Shown: positions 1 through 10,728, counted from the first letter of the stretch. The stretch: 248,000 nt of DNA from Hyalangium minutum (GCF_000737315.1 NZ_JMCB01000004.1:20001-268000); one strand, 5' to 3'. Numbers and translations: made by a program. The notes: a model not told the origin generated them from the letters alone.

Positions 1-1
1 G

Positions 2-502
2 GAGGCCCAGAAGGGCGCGGCAGCGAACCTCTCGGCGCGCCAGGCACGAGCGCTCTTGTCGGAGGCGCTCGGCAGCGGACTGACGCAAGTTGGAGCCCTG
101 CCCGCGTCTCCGCCCGAGGCGGGATGGATGTCCCGGGTGAGCCCGCTGCCGCGCTTCTCGGAGGTGGTGGCCGCCTTGGGGAGCACGGGGGGGGCGAGCG
201 CCGGAGCGGGCACGCTGTTGAGCGGAGTTGCACCCGAAGAGCGCAAGGCGCGCCTGCTGGACTTCGTACACGAGCAGGTGAGCCTCGTCCTCCGGATGGA
301 TCGTGAGAAGATCAGCGTGGAGGCGCCGCTGCGAGGCTTCGGGATTGATTCCCTCATGGGGCTCGAGCTGCGCAACCGGCTGGAGAAGGCGTTGGGCTTC
401 CGTCTCCCCGCCACGGTGATGTGGAGCAGCCCGACGATCGCCGCCCTCGTCGAGAAGCTCCTCGAGGTCGCGGAGTCCCAACTCGTGCAGCAGACGAACT
501 GA
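2..502 (+). CDS. C-terminal end of a type I PKS (KR tail + ACP), partial at window start
   Basis: Frame open from base 2; ACP motif GIDSLMGLELRN. Confidence 0.9.
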   Translation, partial: EAQKGAAANLSARQARALLSEALGSGLTQVGALPASPPEAGWMSRVSPLPRFSEVVAALGSTGGASAGAGTLLSGVAPEERKARLLDFVHEQVSLVLRMDREKISVEAPLRGFGIDSLMGLELRNRLEKALGFRLPATVMWSSPTIAALVEKLLEVAESQLVQQTN

Positions 503-521
503 GCCGCGGACAGCGGCGCGA

Positions 522-1289
522 ATGAGAGTGATGGAAAACGATACGGCACAGTGGTTGATGTTTGGAGGAACCCGGAAAGCCGCGAGGGCGCGGATCTTCT
601 GCTTCCATCACGCGGGAGGAGGCGCGTCGATGTACCGGAAGTGGGTGGAGGATCTCCCACCTGAGCTCGATCTCTATGCGGTCCAGCTTCCGGGGCGAGA
701 GTTCCGCATTCGCGAGGCCTCCTTCACGCAACTGGAGCCGCTCGTCCAGGAGCTGGCCCGGGTGCTGGGGCCTCTGCTGGAGCAGCCGTTCGCCCTCTTC
801 GGTCACAGCATGGGCGCCACCGTGGCATTCGAGCTGGCCCGCGAGCTGCGTCGGCGCGGGGCGAGGCAGCCTCTCATGTTGGGCGCCTCCGGGCGCATCG
901 CCCCCCACTGCCGCTCGCGCTTCACGCCGGTGCAGGAGCTCACGGAGGCGCAGCTCGTCGAGAAGCTCAAGAGGGGAGGCGGTCTGCCCGATTACGTCCT
1001 CAACGAGCCGGAGCTGATGGCGATGGTCCTCCCGCTGGTCCGCTCCGACTACAAGATTGTCGACGGCTACCGGCTCACTCCCGAGCCACCGCTGACCTTT
1101 CCCATTGCGGCCTTCTACGGGCTCGACGACGTGCTCACGACACCGGAGGAGATCACGGGGTGGCAGCAGCACACCACCGGTGCTTTCTCGGTGCAGGCGC
1201 TCCCGGGCGACCATTTCTTCTTGGCCAACGCCCGGCGAGAGATCTTGTGGACCCTGAGCCGGGGCATCCTGCAGGCGCTGGACAGGTGA
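522..1289 (+). CDS. Type II thioesterase
   Basis: FHHAGG, GHSMG nucleophile motif, C-terminal GDHFF. Confidence 0.92.
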   Translation: MRVMENDTAQWLMFGGTRKAARARIFCFHHAGGGASMYRKWVEDLPPELDLYAVQLPGREFRIREASFTQLEPLVQELARVLGPLLEQPFALFGHSMGATVAFELARELRRRGARQPLMLGASGRIAPHCRSRFTPVQELTEAQLVEKLKRGGGLPDYVLNEPELMAMVLPLVRSDYKIVDGYRLTPEPPLTFPIAAFYGLDDVLTTPEEITGWQQHTTGAFSVQALPGDHFFLANARREILWTLSRGILQALDR

Positions 1290-1331
1290 TCCCTGGTGCG
1301 AGGGAGGGAGCGAGCCTCCTCCCCTCGCTTC

Positions 1332-2654
1332 TCAGGAGAGGAGCTTCTGGGCCAGCCGCACGCGCACACCGTTCTTGGGCCCCACACCCACTCCCTGGCG
1401 CACCGGCACCTCCGCTGGATCGGCCAGCTCCAGATCGAAGTTCCGCACGATCGTCGCGAGTACGACCTTCAGCTGCTGCTCCGCGAACGCGGCCCCAAGG
1501 CAGCGCCGCACCCCCGCCCCGAAGGGGATGAACTCGTAGGGGGTGAACTTGCGCTCGAGGAAGCGCTCCGGGCGGAACGTGTCCGGCTCCGGGTACAGAT
1601 CCTCGCGAGAGTGGATCATCCGGCTGAACACCGCGACACCGGCGCCCGCAGGCAGGGTATAGCCGCGGACCTGGATGGGCGCCCGCAGCTTGCGGAACAT
1701 GTCCGGCACGGGCGGGTAGATGCGCAGCGTCTCGTTGCAGACGGCTCCCAGGTAGGGGAGCGAGGCGTACGCCTCGGGGCCTGCGTCGGCGGGCAGGCCC
1801 GCCAGCTCCTCGCGGAGCTTGCGCAGGATCTCGGGGGACCGGTAGGTCCAGTAAACGCCCCAGGCGATCGCAGTGGCGGTGGCGGCGTAGCCCGCCACGA
1901 GCAGTCCCACCAGCTCTTTGCTCACCTGCTCGTTGGTCATCCCCGTGCCGTCGTCGTACTTCGACGTCATCATGAGGTTGAGCATGTCATCCGGCGCGGC
2001 CTCGAGATTGGCGCGGCGGGCCGTGAGCTGCTCGGCGATCAGCGCGTCCAGGCGTGCGTTGGCGCGCAGGTACCTCGCGTAGGGGCCAACTCCGCCGAAC
2101 TCATGACGCAGCCAACTGAAGAAGAGCAGGGCGGGCGTCGTCGCCTTCTGGAGCTCGACGAAGGCCTCCTCGAAGCGCGCGACCAGGGAGTCATCGGCCA
2201 GGCCAAAGACGTTGCGGAGGATCACCTCGCGCGTGATGCCGCGGGACACCTCGTGCATGGGGATCGTCTCACCGGGGCGCACCGCGCCCATCCGCTTGAG
2301 CGCTACCTGCTGCATCGTGCCAGCGTAGGCCCGCATGCGAGCGCCCAGGAACGGCGGCATCAGCAGCTTGCGCTGGCGCCGGTGCGGCTCGCCAACGATC
2401 AGGGGGACGGAGCCATCGCGGAAGACCATCCGCAGGTTTTCGGGCGCGAAGATCTCGTAGCTCGTGGGGTCCGCCGTGAGGACCTCGCGTGCCCCCTCGG
2501 GCTCGCCGGTGATGATCAGCGGCCCTTCCAGAGTCTTGACGGTCAGGGTGTCGCCGTAGTTCTTCCGGAACCAGGCGTAGGCCCCGACGGGATCGGTCAT
2601 GTAGCGGAACGTCTCGACGAGGGCGATGGAGGGGCCAGGGGGAAGGGGAGCCAT
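1332..2654 (-). CDS. Cytochrome P450
   Basis: ETLR and FGAGVRRCLG heme motif; start trimmed to MAPLPPGP. Confidence 0.93.
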   Translation of the reverse strand: MAPLPPGPSIALVETFRYMTDPVGAYAWFRKNYGDTLTVKTLEGPLIITGEPEGAREVLTADPTSYEIFAPENLRMVFRDGSVPLIVGEPHRRQRKLLMPPFLGARMRAYAGTMQQVALKRMGAVRPGETIPMHEVSRGITREVILRNVFGLADDSLVARFEEAFVELQKATTPALLFFSWLRHEFGGVGPYARYLRANARLDALIAEQLTARRANLEAAPDDMLNLMMTSKYDDGTGMTNEQVSKELVGLLVAGYAATATAIAWGVYWTYRSPEILRKLREELAGLPADAGPEAYASLPYLGAVCNETLRIYPPVPDMFRKLRAPIQVRGYTLPAGAGVAVFSRMIHSREDLYPEPDTFRPERFLERKFTPYEFIPFGAGVRRCLGAAFAEQQLKVVLATIVRNFDLELADPAEVPVRQGVGVGPKNGVRVRLAQKLLS

Positions 2655-2685
2655 AGCGGTCTGTCCTGTGTTGAAGCTCTGTCGT

Positions 2686-5517
2686 TTACGGTGCGGCGGA
2701 GTGAGCCACGTTGATGGGGCTGCCGCTGGGCTCGTCGCCGTCGTAGATGCCATCCAGGTTCCGGTCGATGCCGATGCGCGCTCCGGAGCCGGGTGGCACA
2801 CAGGTGTAGGTCAGCTCTCGCCCCGGCTTCGAGGCGAGCGCACGCAGCGCCTCCGCGCTGAGCGGCTTTCGCGAGCGCTGGTCGGGCTGAAACCCGGCCC
2901 CGGGGCGGTAGAGAAAGCCGAGCTCTCGCTGGGGGCCAGCGCCCTTCACCACCAGATCGCACTCCTGCGCTTCGGCCTGGGCGATCAGCAGCTCGATGCG
3001 GGGGCCCGCCACCGTCAGGTTGCTCGAGGTGAGCGTCACCTGCTGGCCCACGATAGGCGCCAGGTTGGAGGGGAAGACGAACATGAACGACTCGATCTGG
3101 CGGCGCACCACGTTGGACTCGGGGGTGAGCGGAAAGCCGCCACGCGAGAAGAGCGAGGTGAAGCCCAGGTTGCTGAAGAAGCGGAAGATGGTGTCGATGC
3201 TGCCCGAGTGCGTGAAGCCGAAGCCCCGGACCTGATCCCCCATGAACTCGTTGTTGCCCTTGAGGAACGAATCGCCGGCCAGCGCCATGCCGAACATGCC
3301 CGTCTTCTGGTACATGTTGCGCAGGTGGGGAATCTTGAGCAGCTGGGGGTTGAAGTCGAAGGTCATCCTCCCGTCCGTGCCAAAGAAGCCCGGCGCGGCG
3401 GTCGTGGGGTTGGCCTTCGGATCCAGCGCGTGGCAGCCGATGCAGGTGGCGATGGTGTTGGCGTTGCGGGTGAGGAACTCCTGGCGCCCCACCTCCTGAT
3501 CCGGCGTGAGCGAGTTGTCCAGGTTCCGGATGGGGTTGGGAGGGTAGGTGAGCTGTAGGGCGAAGCGGGTGAGCGCCTCCAGGGCGTCATCTGGCAGCTG
3601 CTTGTCGCGGCCTAGGACGTTCATGAAGCCAGCGGTCTCGCGGAACGCGGCCTTCTCGTCGAACGCGCCCGTGTCCGGCTGGGAGCTGCCCCCGCGGGTG
3701 GCCTTCACTCGCTCGCCGTGCCAGTGCATGGGCCCGGCGTTGAGCAATCCGCGCAGGGACTGCGTCGTCGTGGGGCCTTTCAGGGGGTGGAACACCGGAT
3801 CGGTGATGACTTGCCTGTAGAGGGGATTCGTCAGCGGCTCGACGACGAAGGGACCCGAGACGGGCACCACGGGCGCATCGGGGTTGCCCAGATCCCAGGC
3901 CAGGCTGTCGAAGTCGCCGTAGACGTGGCAGCTCGCGCACGCCGTGTCCCCGTGGCTGGAGCCGACGGACGCGTCATAGAGGTAGCGGCGCCCCTGAGAG
4001 ACGCTCGCGGGCTCCGGGTTGTACAGGGGGACGTGGGCCACCTCGGTCCGGCTCTGGGTGCTGATGACGGAGATGGCGTTGTCGAAGCGCGCCAGCACGT
4101 ACAACTTGCCGCGGGCCTCATCGAGCACCAGCCCGGTGGGGCCACCTCCGGGCACGTGGATCTGCTGCTTCGTGTCCGGCACGAAGGAGTCCTTCTCAAG
4201 CGCCTCGGTGTCGAAGATGCCGATCTTGTCCGAGCCGAGGGCCGCGACGTACAGCGTCTTCCCGTCGCCTGTCACCGCCATGGACTGGGGGAGCGCGAGG
4301 CTGCGGACGCTCTCGTCATTCGGCAGGGGCTCGCAGCACTTGCTGTAGTCGATGTGCTTGTTGAGGTGACGCGGTTGGGCACCCTCGGGGCCTAGCACGC
4401 TGATGCGGCTCTCCACGGTATGCCCGCGCAGGGTGTGGCCGGCGAAGATGCCGGGGCCCTCGAAGCGCTGGAGGTTGCGGGCCTCGGTGTTGGACACGTA
4501 GAGCTTGCCGCTCACCGGGTTGACGGCGAGGTTGTAGAGGATGGTGCCCGCACCGGTGAAGAAGCCCTCGGGGCCCTCGAGCTGCTGGGGCACAGGGGCC
4601 ATGGCATCGATCACGAAGACGTCCTTGTCCGGCAGCGCCAGCTTCACCTTCTCGTCCCAGGTGCGGCCTTCCACATCCACCCAGTGGGTTCCGTCGAACT
4701 GGAGGATCAGCCCGCTCTCTGGAGCGGGGATGCCCTGGAAGTTGGTGCTGGGGCCGGGCACGGCCTTGGTCCCCTTCTTGGGGTCCTTGCCGAAGCCGTT
4801 GGGGACCAGCCGCTCGTGGATGGCCGTGGTGCGGTTGCCGGAGTGGAAGGCGGCCGCATAGACACGGCTCCCGTCGGGGGTGACCGCGAGCGCGCGCGGC
4901 GTGTCGCTGAAAAGCCGGACCAGCGTCAGCGGCTCTCCTCCGAGCGTGGTGCCCAGATTGGCTGCATCGAAGACCCAGACGTCGGCGCGGCCGATGCCCG
5001 GAGTGGTGAGCTGGGGATCGAACGGTGCGTTCTGGCCTCGGTGGGCGGCGGTGATGAAGGCGCGGCGGCGCTCCGGCCCGGCGAAGACGATGTCTCGCGG
5101 CTCGTCACCGACGAGCAGGGTGCGCACCACGCGGCCGCGGCGGGTCTTCGCATCCAGCGCCACGACGCTCACACTGTCAGACAGGTGGTTGACGACCCAC
5201 ACCTCGGTGTCGCTGCGCGCGGCGACGGCGACAGGTTCCAGGCCCACCACCACAGAGGTCCGGTGGACCAGCCCGGTACTCTCGACGCTGAAGACCTCCA
5301 GCCGGTTGTCCGGCGTGTTGGTGGCGAAGAGGAGCTTTCCGCTCGGGGAGAGGGCGAGGGGACGCACCTGGCCGCTCTCGAAGAGTGTGAAGGAGGAGCG
5401 GGAGGGAGGAGGTGCGCCGTTCTTGTCCGGGACTGTGGCCGGAGCGGCGTGGACCAGCGTCGCCACGGCGGCGGCGCAGAGGAGACAGGCACGAAGGAGA
5501 GCAGGAGAACGAGGCAT
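2686..5517 (-). CDS. Secreted YVTN-type beta-propeller protein with C-terminal di-heme cytochrome c region
   Basis: Signal peptide, propeller repeats, two CXXCH motifs (CASCH, CIGCH). Confidence 0.75.
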   Translation of the reverse strand: MPRSPALLRACLLCAAAVATLVHAAPATVPDKNGAPPPSRSSFTLFESGQVRPLALSPSGKLLFATNTPDNRLEVFSVESTGLVHRTSVVVGLEPVAVAARSDTEVWVVNHLSDSVSVVALDAKTRRGRVVRTLLVGDEPRDIVFAGPERRRAFITAAHRGQNAPFDPQLTTPGIGRADVWVFDAANLGTTLGGEPLTLVRLFSDTPRALAVTPDGSRVYAAAFHSGNRTTAIHERLVPNGFGKDPKKGTKAVPGPSTNFQGIPAPESGLILQFDGTHWVDVEGRTWDEKVKLALPDKDVFVIDAMAPVPQQLEGPEGFFTGAGTILYNLAVNPVSGKLYVSNTEARNLQRFEGPGIFAGHTLRGHTVESRISVLGPEGAQPRHLNKHIDYSKCCEPLPNDESVRSLALPQSMAVTGDGKTLYVAALGSDKIGIFDTEALEKDSFVPDTKQQIHVPGGGPTGLVLDEARGKLYVLARFDNAISVISTQSRTEVAHVPLYNPEPASVSQGRRYLYDASVGSSHGDTACASCHVYGDFDSLAWDLGNPDAPVVPVSGPFVVEPLTNPLYRQVITDPVFHPLKGPTTTQSLRGLLNAGPMHWHGERVKATRGGSSQPDTGAFDEKAAFRETAGFMNVLGRDKQLPDDALEALTRFALQLTYPPNPIRNLDNSLTPDQEVGRQEFLTRNANTIATCIGCHALDPKANPTTAAPGFFGTDGRMTFDFNPQLLKIPHLRNMYQKTGMFGMALAGDSFLKGNNEFMGDQVRGFGFTHSGSIDTIFRFFSNLGFTSLFSRGGFPLTPESNVVRRQIESFMFVFPSNLAPIVGQQVTLTSSNLTVAGPRIELLIAQAEAQECDLVVKGAGPQRELGFLYRPGAGFQPDQRSRKPLSAEALRALASKPGRELTYTCVPPGSGARIGIDRNLDGIYDGDEPSGSPINVAHSAAP

Positions 5518-5732
5518 GCGTCAGAGGAGCAGGACGTGGGAGCCCGTCAATGCGGCGGGGGCACCGCGGAATCTTCCTGGGAAGAGAGGAGGACTGAATC
5601 CCTCGGGGCCGAGGGGGCGTTGCCACGGAGCACGGTGCCGCGAATCAGAGACTGTTCAACAGGTGACCAAATATAGAACGATGATCATCCGCGATCCACC
5701 GTGGGGGGGACGCGCGGATCAACGAGAGGGAG

Positions 5733-7049
5733 TTGAGAGACGTGGCCTCTGGAACGGATGTGCTGAGAGCACTGGGTGACTTCGAGCGTGCGTTCTGGCT
5801 GATGGATCAGACCCACAGCGTCAACTTCGCCATCATCGCGCACGTGAGAGGAGCGCTGGAGCCTCAGGTGCTCGAACGTGCGCTCGCGCTGCTTCAGGCC
5901 CGGCATCCGCTGCTGGGCGCCCGGATCACCGACTCCGGACCCGCCTCGTTCGGTAGGGGCGGGGTGCCACCCATTCCCCTACGTGAGGCGTCCCGTGGCT
6001 CCGAGGATCAGTGGCGCCAGGAGGTGGAGCACGAGCTGAATACTCCGCTGCCCTGGAGCCAGGGGCCGCTGGTGCGCGCCGTCCTCGTGCGAGCGGCGGA
6101 GCAGAGTGAGATCCTGCTCACCTTTCACCACTCGGCGGGAGATGGGCGCTCGGGGATGTACGCGATGAGGGATCTGCTCACGTTCGCGGCCTCGCTCATG
6201 GGCGGGGCGCCGGTGGCGGCGGAAGCCGTGCGATTCCCGCCCAGCATCGAGGAGCTGTCCGCTCCGCACGTGCGAGGGCTGCGGGCCTTCGGGCGGGTTG
6301 CGCGGTTCTTGGGCTCGACGGTGCTGGCGATGAGCCGGCGCCCCGGGAAGCTCCCCTCGCAGAGCCAGGAAGTGAAGGCGCGGACCGCCCTGCTCCATGG
6401 GGAGCTGTCCCCGGAAGAGGGCGAGCGGCTTCGTGCCCGCTGCCGAAAGGAGTCGGCCACGGTCCACGGAGTGCTCTGCGGCGCCATGCTCCGGGCGGCG
6501 GCGGCCCAGCTCGACGGCCTCACCCACTCCTCCAAGCCGCGCTTCCTGAGCTGCTATTCGCCCGTTGATCTGCGGGACATGTTCCAGGAGTCCGTGGCCC
6601 CAGGCGCCGTGGGCTATTTCCTGGGGATGGGGCTGAGCTTCCACCGCGTCGACCGTTCGGCGGAGATCTGGCCCCTGGCGCGCGAGGTGGGGGAGCGCCT
6701 GCGCACCATGCGGGAGGACGGCACCATCGTCGCTGCCACCCACTTCCAGAGCCGCGTACAGAAGGGCTGGGACGTGAAGACCGCCGCGAGCAGCGCGCCC
6801 CCGGTCACCGCCGCGGTGTCCAACCTCCGGGAGGTGGACATCCCCGGCCAGTACGGCCCGCTCGCCTTGGACGGTGTCCATTTCTCCCTGGCGAGCCATG
6901 GCTGGGGAACCGCCCCTGTGCTCACCGTGGCGACCTACCAGGGGCGCATGCAGTTGAACTTCACCTACAGCCTCCCTCGCGTGCCCGAGGAGTGGGGCCG
7001 CCAGGTGTTCGAGCGCGCCCTCGGGGAGCTTCGTGCCCTGGCCGCTTGA
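5733..7049 (+). CDS. Condensation-fold acyltransferase (PapA5/alcohol acyltransferase-like)
   Basis: HHSAGDG (HHxxxDG) motif; C-terminal SNL...LNFTY pattern. Confidence 0.75.
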   Translation: MRDVASGTDVLRALGDFERAFWLMDQTHSVNFAIIAHVRGALEPQVLERALALLQARHPLLGARITDSGPASFGRGGVPPIPLREASRGSEDQWRQEVEHELNTPLPWSQGPLVRAVLVRAAEQSEILLTFHHSAGDGRSGMYAMRDLLTFAASLMGGAPVAAEAVRFPPSIEELSAPHVRGLRAFGRVARFLGSTVLAMSRRPGKLPSQSQEVKARTALLHGELSPEEGERLRARCRKESATVHGVLCGAMLRAAAAQLDGLTHSSKPRFLSCYSPVDLRDMFQESVAPGAVGYFLGMGLSFHRVDRSAEIWPLAREVGERLRTMREDGTIVAATHFQSRVQKGWDVKTAASSAPPVTAAVSNLREVDIPGQYGPLALDGVHFSLASHGWGTAPVLTVATYQGRMQLNFTYSLPRVPEEWGRQVFERALGELRALAA

Positions 7050-7071
7050 GCCCGCTGCGGCCGGGGGTGGA

Positions 7072-7497
7072 TCAGGCGATCTTCGTCGGCAGGGCCTCGC
7101 TCTTGCGGGTGCCACGCCAGAAGGGCCACGCGTCGTAGAGGTACAGCCCGAAGGGCACCAGCCAGATGACGTCGTTGGTGAGGGTGAGCACGATGGAGGC
7201 AGGGGGCCAATCTCCACGGAGGACGAGCCCGATGGAGGGCAGCCCCAGCAGCTTGCCCAGCATCCCCGCCGCGGCGGGGACGAAGCCCTGCTCAGGATTC
7301 CGTCCCACCTCCAGGTAGATGATACCGAAGCAGCCCACGACGACGCCCAGCCCTGCGAAGATGCCGGGGTGGTTGAGGGGCTGCATGCCCGCGAAGCGGA
7401 AGAGCCACTGTTGATCCACCAGGGCGTAGAGCCCCCAGAGGATGTTGTAGATCCCCGCCAGGGTGAAGGTTGCGCGGTGCAGGGCGCGCCGTTTCAT
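7072..7497 (-). CDS. Small membrane protein, unknown function
   Basis: Four hydrophobic segments; coding-like codon use. Confidence 0.6.
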   Translation of the reverse strand: MKRRALHRATFTLAGIYNILWGLYALVDQQWLFRFAGMQPLNHPGIFAGLGVVVGCFGIIYLEVGRNPEQGFVPAAAGMLGKLLGLPSIGLVLRGDWPPASIVLTLTNDVIWLVPFGLYLYDAWPFWRGTRKSEALPTKIA

Positions 7498-7594
7498 GAA
7501 GGACTCCCTTGGGTGCTGGAGCCCGCTCCGGCTCGCGAATGCCGATGACGGGGCCCAGGTGAACTATAAGTGGAATGAAGTACAGGAGAGAAAC

Positions 7595-8548
7595 GTGACG
7601 ATCGCGATCTTGGGTGCAGCGGGGGCCGTTGGAAAGGCGGTGGCTGCGGCACTTCGGCAGCGCAACATTCCCTTTCGTGCCGTGGGCCGCAACAAGGCCC
7701 GGCTGGAGGCAGCCTTCAAGGACTACCCTGGCGCCGAGCTCGTGGAGGCGGATCTCATGACGGTGGAGGGAGCGCGCAAGGCCTCCCGGGGCATGAGCAC
7801 GCTCATCCATACCGCGGGGGTGACCTACACCGAGTTCGAGCGGCTGCCGCCGATGATGCGCGCGTCCATCGACGGTGCGGTGGCCGAGGGCGTGAAGCGG
7901 ATCGTCCTGGCCACCAACGTCTATCCCTACGGCCGGCCCCGCACCTCGCCCGTGAAGGAAGATCACCCGCGCGAGCCGCACACGAAGAAGGGCCAACTGC
8001 GCAAGCAGCAGGAGGATCTGCTGCTGGAGGCACATGCCCAGGGCAAGCTGCAGGGACTGGTGGTGCGCTTCCCGGACTTCTACGGGGCGGACGCGGAGTA
8101 CAGCTTTGCCATCGGCATGGCTCAGGCGGCGGTGGCCGGCAAGGCGGCGAACCTGGTGGGCAACATCGATCTGCCCCACGAGTTCATCTACATCCCGGAC
8201 GCGGGACCGGTGCTGGTGGACCTGGCCCTTCGCGATGACGTCTGGGGCGAGGTCTGGCACTGCGGTGGGGCGAGCACCATCACTCAGCGTCAGTTCGTCA
8301 CCCAGCTCTTCGAGGCGGCGGGCCGCAAGCCGAAGTTCCGGGCGGCGGGCTCGGGGCTGGTGCGCATGATTGGCCTCTTCGATCCCTTCATGCGCGAGCT
8401 GTTTGAGATGATGTACCAGTGGCAGGAGACCCCCCTGGTGCTGGACGACTCCAAGCTGCGCGTGAAGCTCGGGAACGTGAAGAAGACGTCCTACGAGGAC
8501 GGCATCCGCCAGACCATTGGGGAGCTCAAAGCTCGGACGGCGAAGTAG
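7595..8548 (+). CDS. NAD-dependent epimerase/dehydratase family protein
   Basis: GAAGAVG Rossmann motif, RFPDFYG. Confidence 0.85.
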   Translation: MTIAILGAAGAVGKAVAAALRQRNIPFRAVGRNKARLEAAFKDYPGAELVEADLMTVEGARKASRGMSTLIHTAGVTYTEFERLPPMMRASIDGAVAEGVKRIVLATNVYPYGRPRTSPVKEDHPREPHTKKGQLRKQQEDLLLEAHAQGKLQGLVVRFPDFYGADAEYSFAIGMAQAAVAGKAANLVGNIDLPHEFIYIPDAGPVLVDLALRDDVWGEVWHCGGASTITQRQFVTQLFEAAGRKPKFRAAGSGLVRMIGLFDPFMRELFEMMYQWQETPLVLDDSKLRVKLGNVKKTSYEDGIRQTIGELKARTAK

Positions 8549-8643
8549 CGGACGCGCGCCCGCGTCACTTTGATCAAGGCCCTCCTGATGAAGTACGTCA
8601 ACGATTGATACCTGTGCTGACTTCCTCTCCCAATCCGGATCCC

Positions 8644-9261
8644 ATGCGCCACCACCCTGTTCAAGTTGCTCTCCTCCTCTCCGCCTCTGTGCTCTTGACG
8701 GGGCTGATCTTCGTCTCCTGCGCCACGGACAGCAGCTCCACCGCCGTGCAAGCTCAGGCTCCGCAGACCTGTGACTCGTGCCTGGCCGGAACGTGCGCGG
8801 AGAAGAGCCAAGCCTGCTTGAGTGACCCCACCTGCCGCGAGACGTTCGAGTGCGCGCAGAAGTGCGGGGACAGGGACAAGTGGTGCGTCTGGAACTGCGT
8901 CCTGGCGCGCCCCCAGAGCGTGCCGAAGTTCTTCCCCGCCGCCCACTGCACCACCAAGCAGTGCTCTCCCGCTTGCCAGTTTCCGGCGCGGATTATCGAC
9001 TCGTGCTTGGAGTGCAATGCCACCTACTGTGGCCAGGCGATGAGCGGCTGCTTCGAGAACCGGGAGTGCTGGACGCTGGTGCACTGCGTGCGCAACAACT
9101 GCCAGCCCGGAGACCTGGAGTGCGCGCAGGAGTGCATTGGCGAGCATCCGGACGGCCTCGCTTCGATCCAGCCGCTGCGTGACTGCGGCGGGGATCACTG
9201 CGCGGAGCAGTGCTCCAGGCGCGAGAACTACGATCTCCCCGATGGGGGCGCCCCGCGCTAG
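8644..9261 (+). CDS. Cysteine-rich lipoprotein
   Basis: Lipobox FVSC; repeated CxxC..C blocks. Confidence 0.6.
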   Translation: MRHHPVQVALLLSASVLLTGLIFVSCATDSSSTAVQAQAPQTCDSCLAGTCAEKSQACLSDPTCRETFECAQKCGDRDKWCVWNCVLARPQSVPKFFPAAHCTTKQCSPACQFPARIIDSCLECNATYCGQAMSGCFENRECWTLVHCVRNNCQPGDLECAQECIGEHPDGLASIQPLRDCGGDHCAEQCSRRENYDLPDGGAPR

Positions 9262-9287
9262 GCCGCCCCGCGCCAGGCCGCCGCGTG

Positions 9288-10682
9288 CTAGGCTGCCGCG
9301 GCGCGCCGGTACAGCTTCAGAGGCACCGTGTCCGGGCGCAGGTTGACGCCGACCACAAAGGGGGGCGGCTTCTGCTCGGTGTACTGCACCCGGTAGCGCT
9401 GCACGATCATGGCCAGGATGATCTGCATCTCCATCGAGGCGAAGTTCGTCCCGATGCACATGCGCATGCCCCCGCCGAACGGGAAGAAGGCCAGCCGGGG
9501 GCGCCCGGCGGAACGCTCGGGACTGAAGCGCTCCGGGTTGAACTTCTCGGGCTCCTCCCAGACGGCGGGGTGGCGGTGGGTGAGGTAGGGGCTGAGGGTG
9601 ATGATGTCTCCCTTGGACACCAGGTAGCCCCCGATGACGTCGTCGCTCATGGCCTCGCGGGGGAAGCTCCAGACAGGGGGGTACAGGCGCATGGACTCAT
9701 CGATGACCATGGCCGTGTACCGGAGCTTCGGCAGATCCTGCGCGGTGGGCACGCGGCCCTCGAGCACCGAGTCGACCTCGGCCTGGAGCTTCTCCCAGAC
9801 CTCGGGGTGGCTGCCCAGCAGGAACCACGTCCACCCCAGCGCGAACGTGGTGGTCTCATGCCCGGCGACGATGAGCGTCATCAGCTCGTCGCGGAGCTGC
9901 GCGTCGCTCATGCCCCCGCCCGTGTCCTCGTAGCGGGCCTCCAGCAGCATCTGGAGCAGATCCTGCGGAGGCTGAGCCTGCTTGCGCCGGGCCTCGATGA
10001 GGCCGAGCACCGCGCGGTTCAGCATGGCCATGTTCTTGTCGAACTCGCGGTTGGCCTTGGTCGGCAGGAACATCCGCAGCGGGTTGGCGGACAGGAGCCG
10101 TGCGCTGTTCTCGTGGGTGGCGCTGTACATCGCGTCCTCGAGCTCCGCGGCCCCGGGGTTGACGGTCCCGTTGAAGGCGTCACTGCTGAAGAGCGTCCGC
10201 GTGGTGATGGAGAGGGTGAGCCGCGTCATCTCCGGCATGATGTCCAGGACGGTGCCGTCGGGCAGGGCGTCCCAGTTTCGGAGATGGGCGCCCATCACCT
10301 GGACCATCTGGTCCACCAGGACGGCCAGCCTCTCGCGGTGGAAGGCGGGCTGGGCGAGCCTTCGCTGGCGTCTCCAGGACTCCCCGTCGTTGGTGATGAG
10401 CCCCTTGCCGAGGATGGGCTCGGCCCTGCGCAGCAGCTTGCTGCGGCCGTAGATGGTGGGGCGCTCCACCAGGATGTGCTTCACGTGGTCCGGGTGGGTG
10501 AAGTAGGTCACCCGGATCGGGCCCATCCGGTAGGAGATGACCTCGCCGTACTCGGCGAACCCTTGTGAGAGCAAGCCGAGTGGGTCCTTCTGCAACTCGA
10601 GGATGCTACCCAGGAGCCAGTGACCCTTGGGGCCGCTGGGCCTCCTCGGAGTGGAAGGAACTTGGGGTGCAGGCGACAGCAT
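9288..10682 (-). CDS. Cytochrome P450
   Basis: AGHETT, ESMR, FGGGMRMCIG. Confidence 0.95.
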   Translation of the reverse strand: MLSPAPQVPSTPRRPSGPKGHWLLGSILELQKDPLGLLSQGFAEYGEVISYRMGPIRVTYFTHPDHVKHILVERPTIYGRSKLLRRAEPILGKGLITNDGESWRRQRRLAQPAFHRERLAVLVDQMVQVMGAHLRNWDALPDGTVLDIMPEMTRLTLSITTRTLFSSDAFNGTVNPGAAELEDAMYSATHENSARLLSANPLRMFLPTKANREFDKNMAMLNRAVLGLIEARRKQAQPPQDLLQMLLEARYEDTGGGMSDAQLRDELMTLIVAGHETTTFALGWTWFLLGSHPEVWEKLQAEVDSVLEGRVPTAQDLPKLRYTAMVIDESMRLYPPVWSFPREAMSDDVIGGYLVSKGDIITLSPYLTHRHPAVWEEPEKFNPERFSPERSAGRPRLAFFPFGGGMRMCIGTNFASMEMQIILAMIVQRYRVQYTEQKPPPFVVGVNLRPDTVPLKLYRRAAAA

Positions 10683-10728
10683 ATGAACTCCTCCAGAGCC
10701 TGGGGGGAGGGAAGACAGAAGCCACGGA

